From the NCBI GenBank assembly GCA_020632445.1, contig JACKFN010000001.1:75975-139974 (forward strand): 64,000 nucleotides of DNA, read 5' to 3'. The notes under the pieces were generated by a model. That model worked only from the letters and a program-made list of their open reading frames with translations. It was not told where the DNA came from and made no database searches. This DNA is from Candidatus Nomurabacteria bacterium. Lineage in GTDB: Bacteria > Patescibacteriota > Patescibacteriia > Magasanikbacterales > UBA922. Of this stretch, positions 31,852 through 40,802 are shown piece by piece. A program made the position numbers and the translations under genes. The stretch's first letter is position 1; every line of letters starts with the position of its first letter.

Positions 31852-32892
31852 TTATCCTCTCCAGATTCTCTTCCCAGCCTTCCAGCCGTACTTTGCCACG
31901 AGTAATAGAATCAGTAGGTAAAGCGCATACTGAATAATCAAGAGCAGTATGGTTACAAGACCAATCGTGAGATCCTGACCGACCTGATTGATATTGCGAA
32001 CAAAATCTTGGACGGCAAACTTCCAGGAATCCTTTAGATCTTGCGTGTCGACGTATTTATTTTCAACCACATTCACAAAGAAATATGTATACTCCAATCG
32101 ATCAAGCTGTTCTGCTTTTGCCCTAAGAAGCTGATCAAGCTGAGCACTAACGACAATTCTTTCTTGCGTAAGGCGCTCAATGGTCTTTACTTTACTATCA
32201 ATAATACTAGCAAGCGCGTCCGCGTTTCTTGATGCGTGAGCGACTTCTGTAATGTCTTCATAGGCAGTAATTGCCTGTTCAAGTGTACTTTCTATTGTTT
32301 CCTGTTTCCGTTCGAGAATTTCCTGTTGGCTTGTAAAATCCTCGAGGAGTCCCTTTATCGTGTACGTACTTTCAGAGAGGTCTCGTACATGCAAATCATT
32401 GATACGGGCCAAAATTTCATCACTGACATCTTTCTTTACCTTAAACGTGTATGAACATCCACGCTCATATTCATCGGCATTTTCAAAGATAACATCGGCA
32501 CGTGATTTAAGCTCTGCAACTTTACCGCACGTTTCCTGAGCATTTCTCGTCTCAATATAGGCATTGTACCTCTTCACCTCATATTCTTCTGAATCGTCTC
32601 CCACAGGAGAACCTGGCATAGGTGGCTGTGGAGCAATGTTGCGAGCAGAAAGCGCAACCCCTTCCCCTCCCATTCCAAATGCGCTTTCTTCCATAGCCAT
32701 GTCTCCGGCATATGATGGCATGATAGCGGGCGCACCACCAGACATTTGTGCACTCATCTTTGCAAACGGAGAGGGTGCATTCCCAAAAAACATGCGAGTT
32801 AAAAAGGCAATCACGACTACGACTACGACTACAAGTCCAACCCCCCTCCAAAAAAGTCGAGCATTCAAATTCATTTGTTTGAAAAAATCCAT
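31852..32892 (-). CDS. Membrane-anchored coiled-coil protein, unknown function
   Basis: N-terminal TM helix, central coiled-coil-like segment, C-terminal TM helix. No motif recognised. Confidence 0.45.
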   Translation of the reverse strand: MDFFKQMNLNARLFWRGVGLVVVVVVVIAFLTRMFFGNAPSPFAKMSAQMSGGAPAIMPSYAGDMAMEESAFGMGGEGVALSARNIAPQPPMPGSPVGDDSEEYEVKRYNAYIETRNAQETCGKVAELKSRADVIFENADEYERGCSYTFKVKKDVSDEILARINDLHVRDLSESTYTIKGLLEDFTSQQEILERKQETIESTLEQAITAYEDITEVAHASRNADALASIIDSKVKTIERLTQERIVVSAQLDQLLRAKAEQLDRLEYTYFFVNVVENKYVDTQDLKDSWKFAVQDFVRNINQVGQDLTIGLVTILLLIIQYALYLLILLLVAKYGWKAGKRIWRG

Positions 32893-32969
32893 ATGATTAA
32901 AGTTAATTTCCTCCTCAATGGCAGTATATCACTGCAGGGTGCATGTTACAATATGAGCTCTGAGCAAAA

Positions 32970-33608
32970 CTACGTCCTTACCGATCGATACACCCCCCAA
33001 ACAAACGAGGTACATACATGTATCCCCAAGAGAATACTCACAGGATACTGATATTGAAAAACATACAGCGGAAAAATAATCAACAAAAATAACGCGATGG
33101 TGATACTACAAGATAGGACCAAAAAAAGCATATCGTCCCCAAAAAAACTCTCCAGCATATTTTTTCGGTATTCTCTTTTCCAGTAGTTTTTTAAAAAAGG
33201 GGTTACTCTCCTTTTCCATTCGGCTTTTTGTTTCCTGATGCGTGCAATCTGCTTCTTGTAAGAAAGGAATACATCAGTACACAATATACTTGAAAACGTA
33301 ATAGCCCATGAAACCACTATCACAAAAACCACAGACGAAAATCCTGACATGAAAAACACAATGAGTAGATTTACTATCCATAGAAAAAAATGTTTTCCAT
33401 AATGGTGCTGAGAAAACTTTTTCCACTCATGAGGTACATATATAAGACTCAACACTACGAGCATATACACAAAAAGCTCCATATGTCGTGTTGAAAACTG
33501 AAAAAGCAAACTCACAAAGAAAACTGGAAGCAAAAAAAAGAAAGCTATATACAACAGAAAGAAAATCGCTTTTGATGTTTTGTGTGAATAGAGAGTATTT
33601 TCTGACAT
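32970..33608 (-). CDS. Polytopic membrane protein, unknown function
   Basis: Multiple hydrophobic helices. No motif recognised. Confidence 0.4.
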   Translation of the reverse strand: MSENTLYSHKTSKAIFFLLYIAFFFLLPVFFVSLLFQFSTRHMELFVYMLVVLSLIYVPHEWKKFSQHHYGKHFFLWIVNLLIVFFMSGFSSVVFVIVVSWAITFSSILCTDVFLSYKKQIARIRKQKAEWKRRVTPFLKNYWKREYRKNMLESFFGDDMLFLVLSCSITIALFLLIIFPLYVFQYQYPVSILLGIHVCTSFVWGVYRSVRT

Positions 33609-33644
33609 GATATAGTTTTGTTTTCTTTCTGAACAACCTCTAAA

Positions 33645-34544
33645 TTATACAACCAAAAATCTATGATACGTATACAAAAATGTACAAAAGAAAATTGGAA
33701 TAAAAAACCACATCGGAAACTCAGGTACTGAAGCTCCAGAGACCGCTTCACCTGCAGCTAAGGCATCGACATCTGCACTTGACAAAGCACGATCATAGAC
33801 GAGTACATGATCGATCAAACCGCTTGCATATAAGTTAGAATTTGAAGCTGCACCTACACGAAATTCATTACTACCAGATGCGTTATATGATGAAGCATTT
33901 GTATATGTACCGACTGAAGTACCATTAATATAGTATTCAACCTCACCACTTCTTTGAACGGCGACCAAATGATACCAAGTATTTGTTGTGAGCTGACTTA
34001 TTACCACACGTTGATCGGCAACTCAATACTTTGAGATGTTTATCACATACTGACCACCGACTTGTTCATACTGAAACGCATACCCGGCAGATGAAGGAGT
34101 TCCCTTTGCGACAAAAACCCATGAAGCTTCTGGTCCTGGAGCTCCATCTGGACGAAACCACAAACTAATAGAAAAAGGACCATCCTCTACTTCCAAGATA
34201 CTTTGATCTCCCATAGTGACATAGTCGGTACTACCATTAAAATCAAGAGAACGAACATTTGTGACCTCAAGGGTTGGGACGGTCGTAGAGATGTCTGGAG
34301 TGCCAACGAAACTACCATTGTTTCCATGTCCAGACGAATCATATGATATGGTCCCACTCACTTCATCGAACTTCCAATATCCAACGAGAGCATCTTCAAG
34401 GGCAGCATCTACTTTAGGGACGTATACTGTGCCTGCACACAAGACACAAAAGAGGAGAAAAAGAAAAAAATGCCCTACCCATATGCTAGCTAAGCAATTT
34501 TCACCCCGGGGCTTGATTTTTTTCAATGACATATGAAATCTCAA
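33645..34544 (-). pseudogene. LamG/concanavalin-A-like lectin domain secreted protein interrupted by a single in-frame TGA (two ORFs 34023..34544 and 33645..34007 in the same frame)
   Basis: Both halves carry LamG_3-like sequence (GTISYDSSGHGNNGSF...LDFNGSTDYV ... WYHLVAVQRSGEVEYYINGT...GLIDHVLVYDRALS). Reading through the TGA gives ...INISKY*VADQRVVISQ... with no frame change. Confidence 0.6.
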
Positions 34545-34769
34545 CAGCGCAATTGTATAGATATTTTACTAAATATTTCTACAATTATCAATGAAAGACA
34601 AGAGACTGTGTCACTCATAATGTTTTTCTACTTGCTGCATTCATTTTTCAGTTTATTAATAGAGAAAAATATTGAAGCTTGAGAGAATTGCCACTGGAAC
34701 GAACCCTAAATCTTCCTCTTGACAAATGCTTAAAATTGTGCTATATTTGCTTAATAATAACGTATCTCT

Positions 34770-35375
34770 ATGAAATTTACTCCCTCAAAAAATTACCTTT
34801 TCCTTCTTCCGCTTGTAATGATTTCCTCAGGATGTTATATAAGCATTGGAACAGGGTCTCAACCTGAAAACCCAACCATGCCCGAAAAGGAAACCACTGC
34901 TGTCCAAGAAAATTTGCAAAATGAGGAGCACAAACCAATGCAAGACACTGATCAAAGTGAAGCTTCAGTTGTCACTGATTCCTTTAGTGACTCTCCAGAA
35001 GAACAAATCATTTATACTGAACCATCAGAGCCGACAGAATCTACTACAGCTCACAAACCCCAAGAAAAACCAGAAATACAGGTATCGTCACGAAAAGTAG
35101 AATTCATAGTCAAAGATGAAATGGGACAAGAGCTATTTGATGTATTCACCATTGCATTTGTTGATGCTGAGGGGAAGCAAATAAGAAAGTTCCCATATGG
35201 TGACAAAAGGATCACTTTTGATGGAATTAAACCAGGAACATACACTATTTCTGCCGGTGCTCTTACGCATCCTGGAGAATCGAGTAGTACATATGCAAGT
35301 CAATCCTTTGAATTGACACTCTCTGATAACACATATGATACTGAAGTGGTAACTATCATTGCCAAAAAGAAATAG
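34770..35375 (+). CDS. Lipoprotein with C-terminal small beta-sandwich-like domain, unknown function
   Basis: Signal plus lipobox (VMISSGCY). Acidic low-complexity linker. C-terminal KVEFIVKDEMGQ...GTYTISAG region. Confidence 0.5.
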   Translation: MKFTPSKNYLFLLPLVMISSGCYISIGTGSQPENPTMPEKETTAVQENLQNEEHKPMQDTDQSEASVVTDSFSDSPEEQIIYTEPSEPTESTTAHKPQEKPEIQVSSRKVEFIVKDEMGQELFDVFTIAFVDAEGKQIRKFPYGDKRITFDGIKPGTYTISAGALTHPGESSSTYASQSFELTLSDNTYDTEVVTIIAKKK

Positions 35376-35665
35376 AGTTCTCCTTGTACGTTAAAAAGTA
35401 CCCTACGGGGTATTTTTTTGTTCACGTCTTTTAGATACTCCACTTTCCACATCTTCAGTTTACATTTGCCTCTTCTTCTTTCGGTGATGCCGAACCTTTT
35501 TGAATTCTTTATAGTCTGCACTTACCTGCTTACTTCCAAAAAAATTTTTCATGGGCTTTCGTTTCAATTATTGTACGGAACTTGTGTATGCCGGTCCATC
35601 AATCATTGACAAGTCAGTTTTTTTATGCTTAGATGTAGCCTAGACACCCAGCGGAGGACTACGCC

Positions 35666-36022
35666 ATGTACCACATCGGTTACCAAGACCACCTCGAACT
35701 GTGGCACCTACTGTACTCGGGCTACTTGCTCTGGATCATAGGCCTGCAGTTTTTCTTTTTGTTGGCATCCAGTCCAGAACCGATGGATCTTCTCGGCCAG
35801 ATGAAGCAAAGTACTTTGGGTCGCATCCTCATGGTCTGGATTGGTCTTTCGCTCATTGGGGCGGGGTTGTACTGGTACATGTTGCCGGCAGTGCCCCTTC
35901 TAATCATTTCATTTGGTGCACCACTGGGCGCAGTGGTCATCGCAGTCATCTATACGATGTTTGTCTTCATCACAAGCGCCAAACTCCTCATGGAACGTTA
36001 CGCGCCACAATCAAGCCCCTAG
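35666..36022 (+). CDS. Small membrane protein (3 TM), GC-elevated (~52%) single-gene unit with its own TTGACA promoter and terminator
   Basis: Promoter-like TTGACAagtcagtttttttatgcTTAGAT and RBS GGAGG upstream. The 3' flank CCCACCAGCAAACTCCACAATTATTTTTA resembles the cargo 3' junctions of the 51.5-57.7 kb array. Terminator at 36096..36123. Confidence 0.5.
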   Translation: MYHIGYQDHLELWHLLYSGYLLWIIGLQFFFLLASSPEPMDLLGQMKQSTLGRILMVWIGLSLIGAGLYWYMLPAVPLLIISFGAPLGAVVIAVIYTMFVFITSAKLLMERYAPQSSP

Positions 36023-36095
36023 AAACCCACCACTCGTAGCTGTGCCCACCAGCAAACTCCACAATTATTTTTATCTGACAGAGATAATTGAGATC

Positions 36096-36123
36096 AAAAA
36101 AACACCTACTGCGGTGTTTTTTT
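36096..36123 (+). terminator. Rho-independent terminator
   Basis: AAAAAAACACCtactgcGGTGTTTTTTTG. Confidence 0.65.
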
Positions 36124-36236
36124 GTACTTGCTCCCCACAATTCCTCTTTTCGGAACTGTTTGGAGTTTATTTGGATGTCGTGGGAGTTGAGGGAAAATTA
36201 TTGAAGTTTGAGAAAGTGGCGCCACTGGCGTCCTAA

Positions 36237-36725
36237 TTACGATGGAATAATCTTGTCTGTAATATATTTAAAACAATCATGTTCCTCTCTTTTTGTATCA
36301 CTAAAGTATTTATCATGGATAGCACTCAAAAAAATGGAATATGATTTGTTGATTGAGTTTAATATAAGACCAACGTTCCACGCAACCTTTTCAGACAATC
36401 TATCCTTTGTAATATGCTGTAAATGTTTGTTAATTTTTTTCTTAATAGTATCTGGTATACTTGTACAAATTGAATTAATTTTCAAACCATTAATGCCACA
36501 AAAATCAAATGCAAACAAGTCCGAATCGTTTTTTTTACTTTTTGCTTCAAAAAAATCAATCAAATTTCTAGCATGTACCAAAAATGCCTCTAGCTTCATC
36601 CTTCTTAGCTGTTCTTCATCAGTAATGAGTGGAACACAACAGTTAAGCTGTTTCACCTCATAAAACACCAAATCAAACTCATTTCTAGCTATTACAGGAA
36701 CATTTATGCAAAATACTTCATCCAT
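36237..36725 (-). CDS. Hypothetical protein encoded in a markedly AT-rich segment
   Basis: 162-aa ORF. Local GC is visibly lower than the flanks. No motif recognised. Confidence 0.4.
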   Translation of the reverse strand: MDEVFCINVPVIARNEFDLVFYEVKQLNCCVPLITDEEQLRRMKLEAFLVHARNLIDFFEAKSKKNDSDLFAFDFCGINGLKINSICTSIPDTIKKKINKHLQHITKDRLSEKVAWNVGLILNSINKSYSIFLSAIHDKYFSDTKREEHDCFKYITDKIIPS

Positions 36726-36738
36726 AATATTTACCTAC

Positions 36739-37842
36739 TTACCACTGAGAACCTTTCTTCACCTTAAACTCGCCCTTTCCTTCAGAACGCCTCACCAGAT
36801 CCTCCATTCTAAACTGGCCCAAATATACTTCAACAGCCTCCATAGCCAACACCTGTACATCACCAAGCCCATTTTTTTCAAGCATAGCCTGCACGTCTTG
36901 CATGTGTTTTATTGGAACAATAATGGCTTTGATATCCTCAGGTTTCACAACATCCTCACCTCTAGCCTCATGCACGCCCAGAACCAGCATATCGCTATCT
37001 GCCGTCACATCTGTTTTATTGATGCATAATACCGCTCCCCAATTTCCTTCAATCTCTGACTTCATATCGAGCTGCGCATTAAATCCTTTCTGCTCACTTC
37101 CTTGCGCAGTAAATGATGTGAGCCATTTTTGAAAACGCTCACTCCTATCAAAACCTTCTGCATCACGCTTGCGCTTCATCTCCATCATTTGCTTCTTTTC
37201 TTTTTTTACTCGCCGAGCTGTGTCAAGTAAATTTCCAGCCTCACCAAACTCACGCTTGATAGAATCATACACAAAAAATGGAAAGTAATTGTTGGGATCA
37301 CCAAGTTGCCATTGTGGTTGATCACTCTCAGTCATGTATTTTGAAGCGTACCATTTAGAATAGAAGTAACTTTCAGTGAGTGATACAAAATCATCATCCC
37401 TTGTTGGGTGCCAAATATCTTTGTGAGGCTGCAAACCGTCATGTAGCACACTTTCAAGAATCTCCACGGGTTCATCTTGCTTATTCTCGTCAGGAATCTC
37501 TGTATCATCCTTTTTTTCGTACTTTTCTCCAGAATACTTCAGCCTCCCCGTACCATGAAAATAATAGTCATGCTTGAGCCCCTCCTCTGGAGTACCAAAA
37601 AAATCTACAAGCTTATCTCGCTGGAGCTCGAGCATTTTTTGAACCCCAGCTGAAGGGTAACCCTGCTCGCTCAAAAAACGGGCGACTTTTTGTTCAAGCC
37701 TGCCGGGTGTTCTCACTTCCCACATTCTGCGTTTAAATTTACGCATTTCTTCCTTGGGCGAAGGGTAGTGCCTTTCAATTTCGTCTATAGGTGGAATGGT
37801 TCTCCCCATTTCTAAAAAATTTCTCATATTTTGAAGTTTCAA
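36739..37842 (-). CDS. Hypothetical protein (367 aa), unknown function
   Basis: Intact ORF in tandem with the 36237..36725 ORF. No motif recognised. Confidence 0.45.
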   Translation of the reverse strand: MKLQNMRNFLEMGRTIPPIDEIERHYPSPKEEMRKFKRRMWEVRTPGRLEQKVARFLSEQGYPSAGVQKMLELQRDKLVDFFGTPEEGLKHDYYFHGTGRLKYSGEKYEKKDDTEIPDENKQDEPVEILESVLHDGLQPHKDIWHPTRDDDFVSLTESYFYSKWYASKYMTESDQPQWQLGDPNNYFPFFVYDSIKREFGEAGNLLDTARRVKKEKKQMMEMKRKRDAEGFDRSERFQKWLTSFTAQGSEQKGFNAQLDMKSEIEGNWGAVLCINKTDVTADSDMLVLGVHEARGEDVVKPEDIKAIIVPIKHMQDVQAMLEKNGLGDVQVLAMEAVEVYLGQFRMEDLVRRSEGKGEFKVKKGSQW

Positions 37843-37870
37843 TTATTATACCTAAATAGCTACTGAAATC

Positions 37871-37899
37871 AAAAAAACACCTTTCATGGTGTTTTTTTG
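37871..37899. terminator. Rho-independent terminator hairpin
   Basis: AAAAAAACACCtttcatGGTGTTTTTTTG. Confidence 0.6.
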
Positions 37900-38041
37900 T
37901 ACAATGCTCGGCGGGTGGGCGCTGCGCTATATGAACTCGGCACTTCGTGTCCTCTTGGGAAAACCTTCGGGTTTTCCCAACCTTTCCTCTAAATGTAAGG
38001 GGACCCCCCTTACCATCCCCCGTTCAAATCCCACCCTAATC

Positions 38042-38066
38042 AAAAAAAGCCCAAAGGGCTTTTTTA
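38042..38066. terminator. Bidirectional terminator hairpin immediately 3' of the intron-containing tRNA
   Basis: AAAAAAAGCCCaaaGGGCTTTTTT. Confidence 0.65.
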
Positions 38067-38071
38067 TCTGC

Positions 38072-38444
38072 TCGGCGGGTGGGATTTGAACCCACGACCA
38101 ATTGGTTACACGTTCTCCCCCATTTTCATAAGGGCGTGGACTATATCATCACCCGCGAATACCAGATCTTGCCTGGACGCTAGGGTGCAAGGCGCTTCGC
38201 CTCCCAAGGCATAAAGCCCTGAAAGACTACTCCCGTACAGTTTCTCGAACGAATCGAGATCAACATGGGATAGTCTCTGAACCTTTCCAGATTATCATTT
38301 ATTCGATTCTCTGGACTTGGCTGCTGATTACCCGTCAGATTTCTCTGGTGTGGGCTTCCAGCAATTCACCTTGTTTTGCACCTAAGAATTACTTCTTAGG
38401 GCTGCAATTTACAGCCAACTGCTCTACCACTGAGCTACCGCCGA
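38072..38444 (-). tRNA. tRNA (probably Asn, anticodon GUU) interrupted in the anticodon loop by a ~302-nt group-I-like intron
   Basis: 5' exon (38411-38444, minus strand): TCGGCGG-TA-GCTCAGTGGTAGAGC-A-GTTGG-CTGT. 3' exon (38072-38108): TAA-CCAAT-TGGTC-GTGGGTTCAAATCCCAC-CCGCCGA-G. The halves restore a complete cloverleaf with a 7-bp acceptor stem pairing across the gap. The intron (38109..38410) starts after a U that closes a P1-like helix (exon GGCUGU paired with downstream GCAGCC, ending in a U.G wobble). The intron ends in G. Confidence 0.6.
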
Positions 38445-38636
38445 ATGTGGTAATATTGTTTATTCGTACCTTTAGCTTCGCGTTTTACTCCCGCTTGCGG
38501 GACTACCACGCAGCTACCGCCGAATTACATCAAATATACGATCTTCTCATATATTGCTGCGCTCAAGTATACACTCTTTGCCTCCTTTTGTCAAGAAAAA
38601 CATGATGCGCGCTCTAGAGTGCATTTCATGCTTCTC

Positions 38637-39677
38637 TCACTCACTTTTGAGCGCCAATTGTCCACAAGCTGCATTGATGTCATCACCCATGGTTTTGCGC
38701 TGTGTCACATCAATATCATAGCCTCGAAGAATTTCCTTGAACCTCTCTACCCTCTCCTTTCCAGAACGTGTGTACTTCTTTCCGCTTACGGGATTGAGCG
38801 GGATAACATTTACCTTGGTAACAGCCGTCTTTTTTACATACTGGCCAAGTTCATGCGCAAGCTCCTCGGTATCATTTACTCCATCAATGAGTGTATATTC
38901 AAACGTAAGATGGTGCATACGATTTCCGAGCGTCGATTGGTACTCGTGTGACCACTGCGCTAGACGCTTTATAAACTCGGGCACGGTTGTTGGCACGATT
39001 TCTTCACGTTTCTTTTGATCCGCACTGTGAAGGGAAATCGCAATTCTCACTGGTGGCCAGTCTGGATCGGACAACAGTTTTTTGAGCTGAGGCAAAATTC
39101 CAACAGTTGAAACAACAATCTTCGTTGGTCCAATGTCCGTATAATCAAGCCATGTGTGAATTGCCTCTTTTACATTTTCATAGTTAGCCAGAGGCTCACC
39201 CATCCCCATAAATACCACGTTGGAAATTCTTTGTGGAAAATCAGGATGCTCTAGCAAAAATCCCTTCCAAAATCGATACTGATCAATAATCTCATCAGCC
39301 CCCATGCTTCTTTTGAGACCCATGGTTCCTGTCGCACAAAAATTACAACGCATGGCACACCCAATCTGTGAGGAAACACATATGGTCCACTGCCCTTTTG
39401 AATTTGCCATCAAAACAGTCTCAAAGTATTTCTTGTCTGCAGTCTCCAAGACGGCTTTAAACGTATCTTCATTTTTACTTTGATAGAGTGAATGTTTCTT
39501 CACACTCATCCAAGGGACATGCTCCTCAAGCTTGCTGCGCATATCCAGTGGCAAAGTTGACACCTCAGACCAAACCGCAATATTTGTATCAAAAGAAGCA
39601 CGATCAATCTGCTTGAGTCGAAACGATGGACTCCCATCAAAAAGTTCCTGTATTTGCGCCTTGCGACTTTTGTACAT
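38637..39677 (-). CDS. rlmN: Radical-SAM 23S rRNA/tRNA adenine-C2 methyltransferase RlmN (RlmN/Cfr family)
   Basis: CxxxCxxC cluster GCAMRCNFCATG, MGMGEPLANY and the second conserved Cys region. 346 aa. Confidence 0.85.
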   Translation of the reverse strand: MYKSRKAQIQELFDGSPSFRLKQIDRASFDTNIAVWSEVSTLPLDMRSKLEEHVPWMSVKKHSLYQSKNEDTFKAVLETADKKYFETVLMANSKGQWTICVSSQIGCAMRCNFCATGTMGLKRSMGADEIIDQYRFWKGFLLEHPDFPQRISNVVFMGMGEPLANYENVKEAIHTWLDYTDIGPTKIVVSTVGILPQLKKLLSDPDWPPVRIAISLHSADQKKREEIVPTTVPEFIKRLAQWSHEYQSTLGNRMHHLTFEYTLIDGVNDTEELAHELGQYVKKTAVTKVNVIPLNPVSGKKYTRSGKERVERFKEILRGYDIDVTQRKTMGDDINAACGQLALKSE

Positions 39678-39750
39678 ATATACTTTTTGGTTTGAAAAGC
39701 TTTCACAGATTGTGAAAGCTTTTGAATATCTTTTTGTACTGATTCTACGG

Positions 39751-40116
39751 CTACATCATTTTATGGCAGCTTCGATATGAAAGAGCGAGGATGATCATAA
39801 ACGCAAAAGGTAGAATCAATCCCACACCAAATCCGTCGACCACCCAGATGCTTACAAATGCTGAAATAAAATCAATTCCAAACCCCGCATATGCCCACTC
39901 TTTGAAACGCTTTGGGACAGAAGGAATAATCAAAACAAGTGAACCGATAACTTTGAAGATCGCAAGCATTACTCCAAAATAGTCTGGGTACCCAAGATGT
40001 CGTATCCCCTCTTTTGCCATTTCACTTTGCGAAGTGAAGGCTACAAGCACTCCTTCAAACAAAAAAATAATCGTTGTTGTTATCCAAAAAACTATTTTGT
40101 CTTTTTTTAACTTCAT
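39751..40116 (-). CDS. DoxX-like small membrane protein
   Basis: Four hydrophobic helices and ~120 aa; the pattern resembles DoxX/SURF4 family proteins. Confidence 0.45.
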   Translation of the reverse strand: MKLKKDKIVFWITTTIIFLFEGVLVAFTSQSEMAKEGIRHLGYPDYFGVMLAIFKVIGSLVLIIPSVPKRFKEWAYAGFGIDFISAFVSIWVVDGFGVGLILPFAFMIILALSYRSCHKMM

Positions 40117-40131
40117 AGCACTTAGCGCGAA

Positions 40132-40596
40132 TTAAATATCAAAATAGTCGATAGCAGTGGTCTGGACGTCTCCACAATTAGCAACATCCGGATTTGGTGT
40201 CCACTGACCACAACCTGAGTAATTTGTAGTCACTCGAATCCACAAGGTTGTAGAAGGCGTATACATCGTTGATGTTGGGGCATCCATATAGCAAATATAA
40301 CTCTCTGATGAATCTACAACATCAAAGTGTGAACAACCGAAATTTCTGTTCCAATTCGCTGGCGGATTATTTGGATCCTCTGTCAACTTATAGTAGAGAG
40401 CTGTATATTCACCGTATGCGTCACTGGTATTTACGGTCCACAAAACTTTAAAGGTTTCTGTAGGAAACACCATGGTCTTACTTACCCAAAATGGATTTAT
40501 CCACTCATAAACAGAGGCAAAAACGGGCCCAATGGTCACGGCGAAACCAAAGACCAATAAAAACGCAAATCGCAAAAAACCAACTCTTTTCTTCAT
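40132..40596 (-). CDS. Secreted hypothetical protein
   Basis: Signal peptide (MKKRVGFLRFAFLLVFGFAVTIGPVFA), Cys-containing C-terminal region. No motif recognised. Confidence 0.45.
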   Translation of the reverse strand: MKKRVGFLRFAFLLVFGFAVTIGPVFASVYEWINPFWVSKTMVFPTETFKVLWTVNTSDAYGEYTALYYKLTEDPNNPPANWNRNFGCSHFDVVDSSESYICYMDAPTSTMYTPSTTLWIRVTTNYSGCGQWTPNPDVANCGDVQTTAIDYFDI

Positions 40597-40618
40597 ACGT
40601 ATGTAAATTGTAATTATG

Positions 40619-40689
40619 CTCGGGGACAGGGATTCGAACCCCGATAGCCAGGACCAAAACCTGGAGTCCTACCATTAGACGATCCCCGA
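40619..40689 (-). tRNA. tRNA-Gln (anticodon UUG)
   Basis: Minus-strand TCGGGGA-TC-GTCTAATGGTAGGAC-T-CCAGG-TTTTGGT-CCTGG-CTATC-CGGGGTTCGAATCCCTG-TCCCCGA-G. Anticodon loop UUUUGGU reads UUG. T-loop TTCGAAT. Confidence 0.85.
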
Positions 40690-40802
40690 ATGTTGCTTCG
40701 GAGCTAACCGTGATATTCCCCTCTCTTTGATGCCAGGAATATTACTGCCAGTTTATCCGCCTTGGGCGGATCCCCGAATATGATTTCTTAACAAACCTCG
40801 AC

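Noticed and set aside
33645-34544. Possibility that the in-frame TGA reflects a genome-wide alternative genetic code (UGA as a sense codon, as in Gracilibacteria/Absconditabacteria).
   Set aside because: Many ORFs of 500-1170 aa are uninterrupted under the standard code, and genes end cleanly at TGA elsewhere. Global UGA reassignment is not supported, so a local pseudogene, sequencing error or recoding is more likely.
37886-38605. ORFs 37886-38089 and 38348-38605 from the six-frame track.
   Set aside because: They overlap the tRNA 3' exon/terminator and the group-I-like intron on the opposite strand. No RBS or protein-like composition.
40691-40800. A possible second RNA gene (tRNA-like, or 6S/tmRNA fragment) upstream of tRNA-Gln, suggested by the repeated GATCCCCGAAT.
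   Set aside because: The segment cannot be folded into a cloverleaf and has no recognisable conserved small-RNA motifs. It is treated as an intergenic leader with a short duplication.
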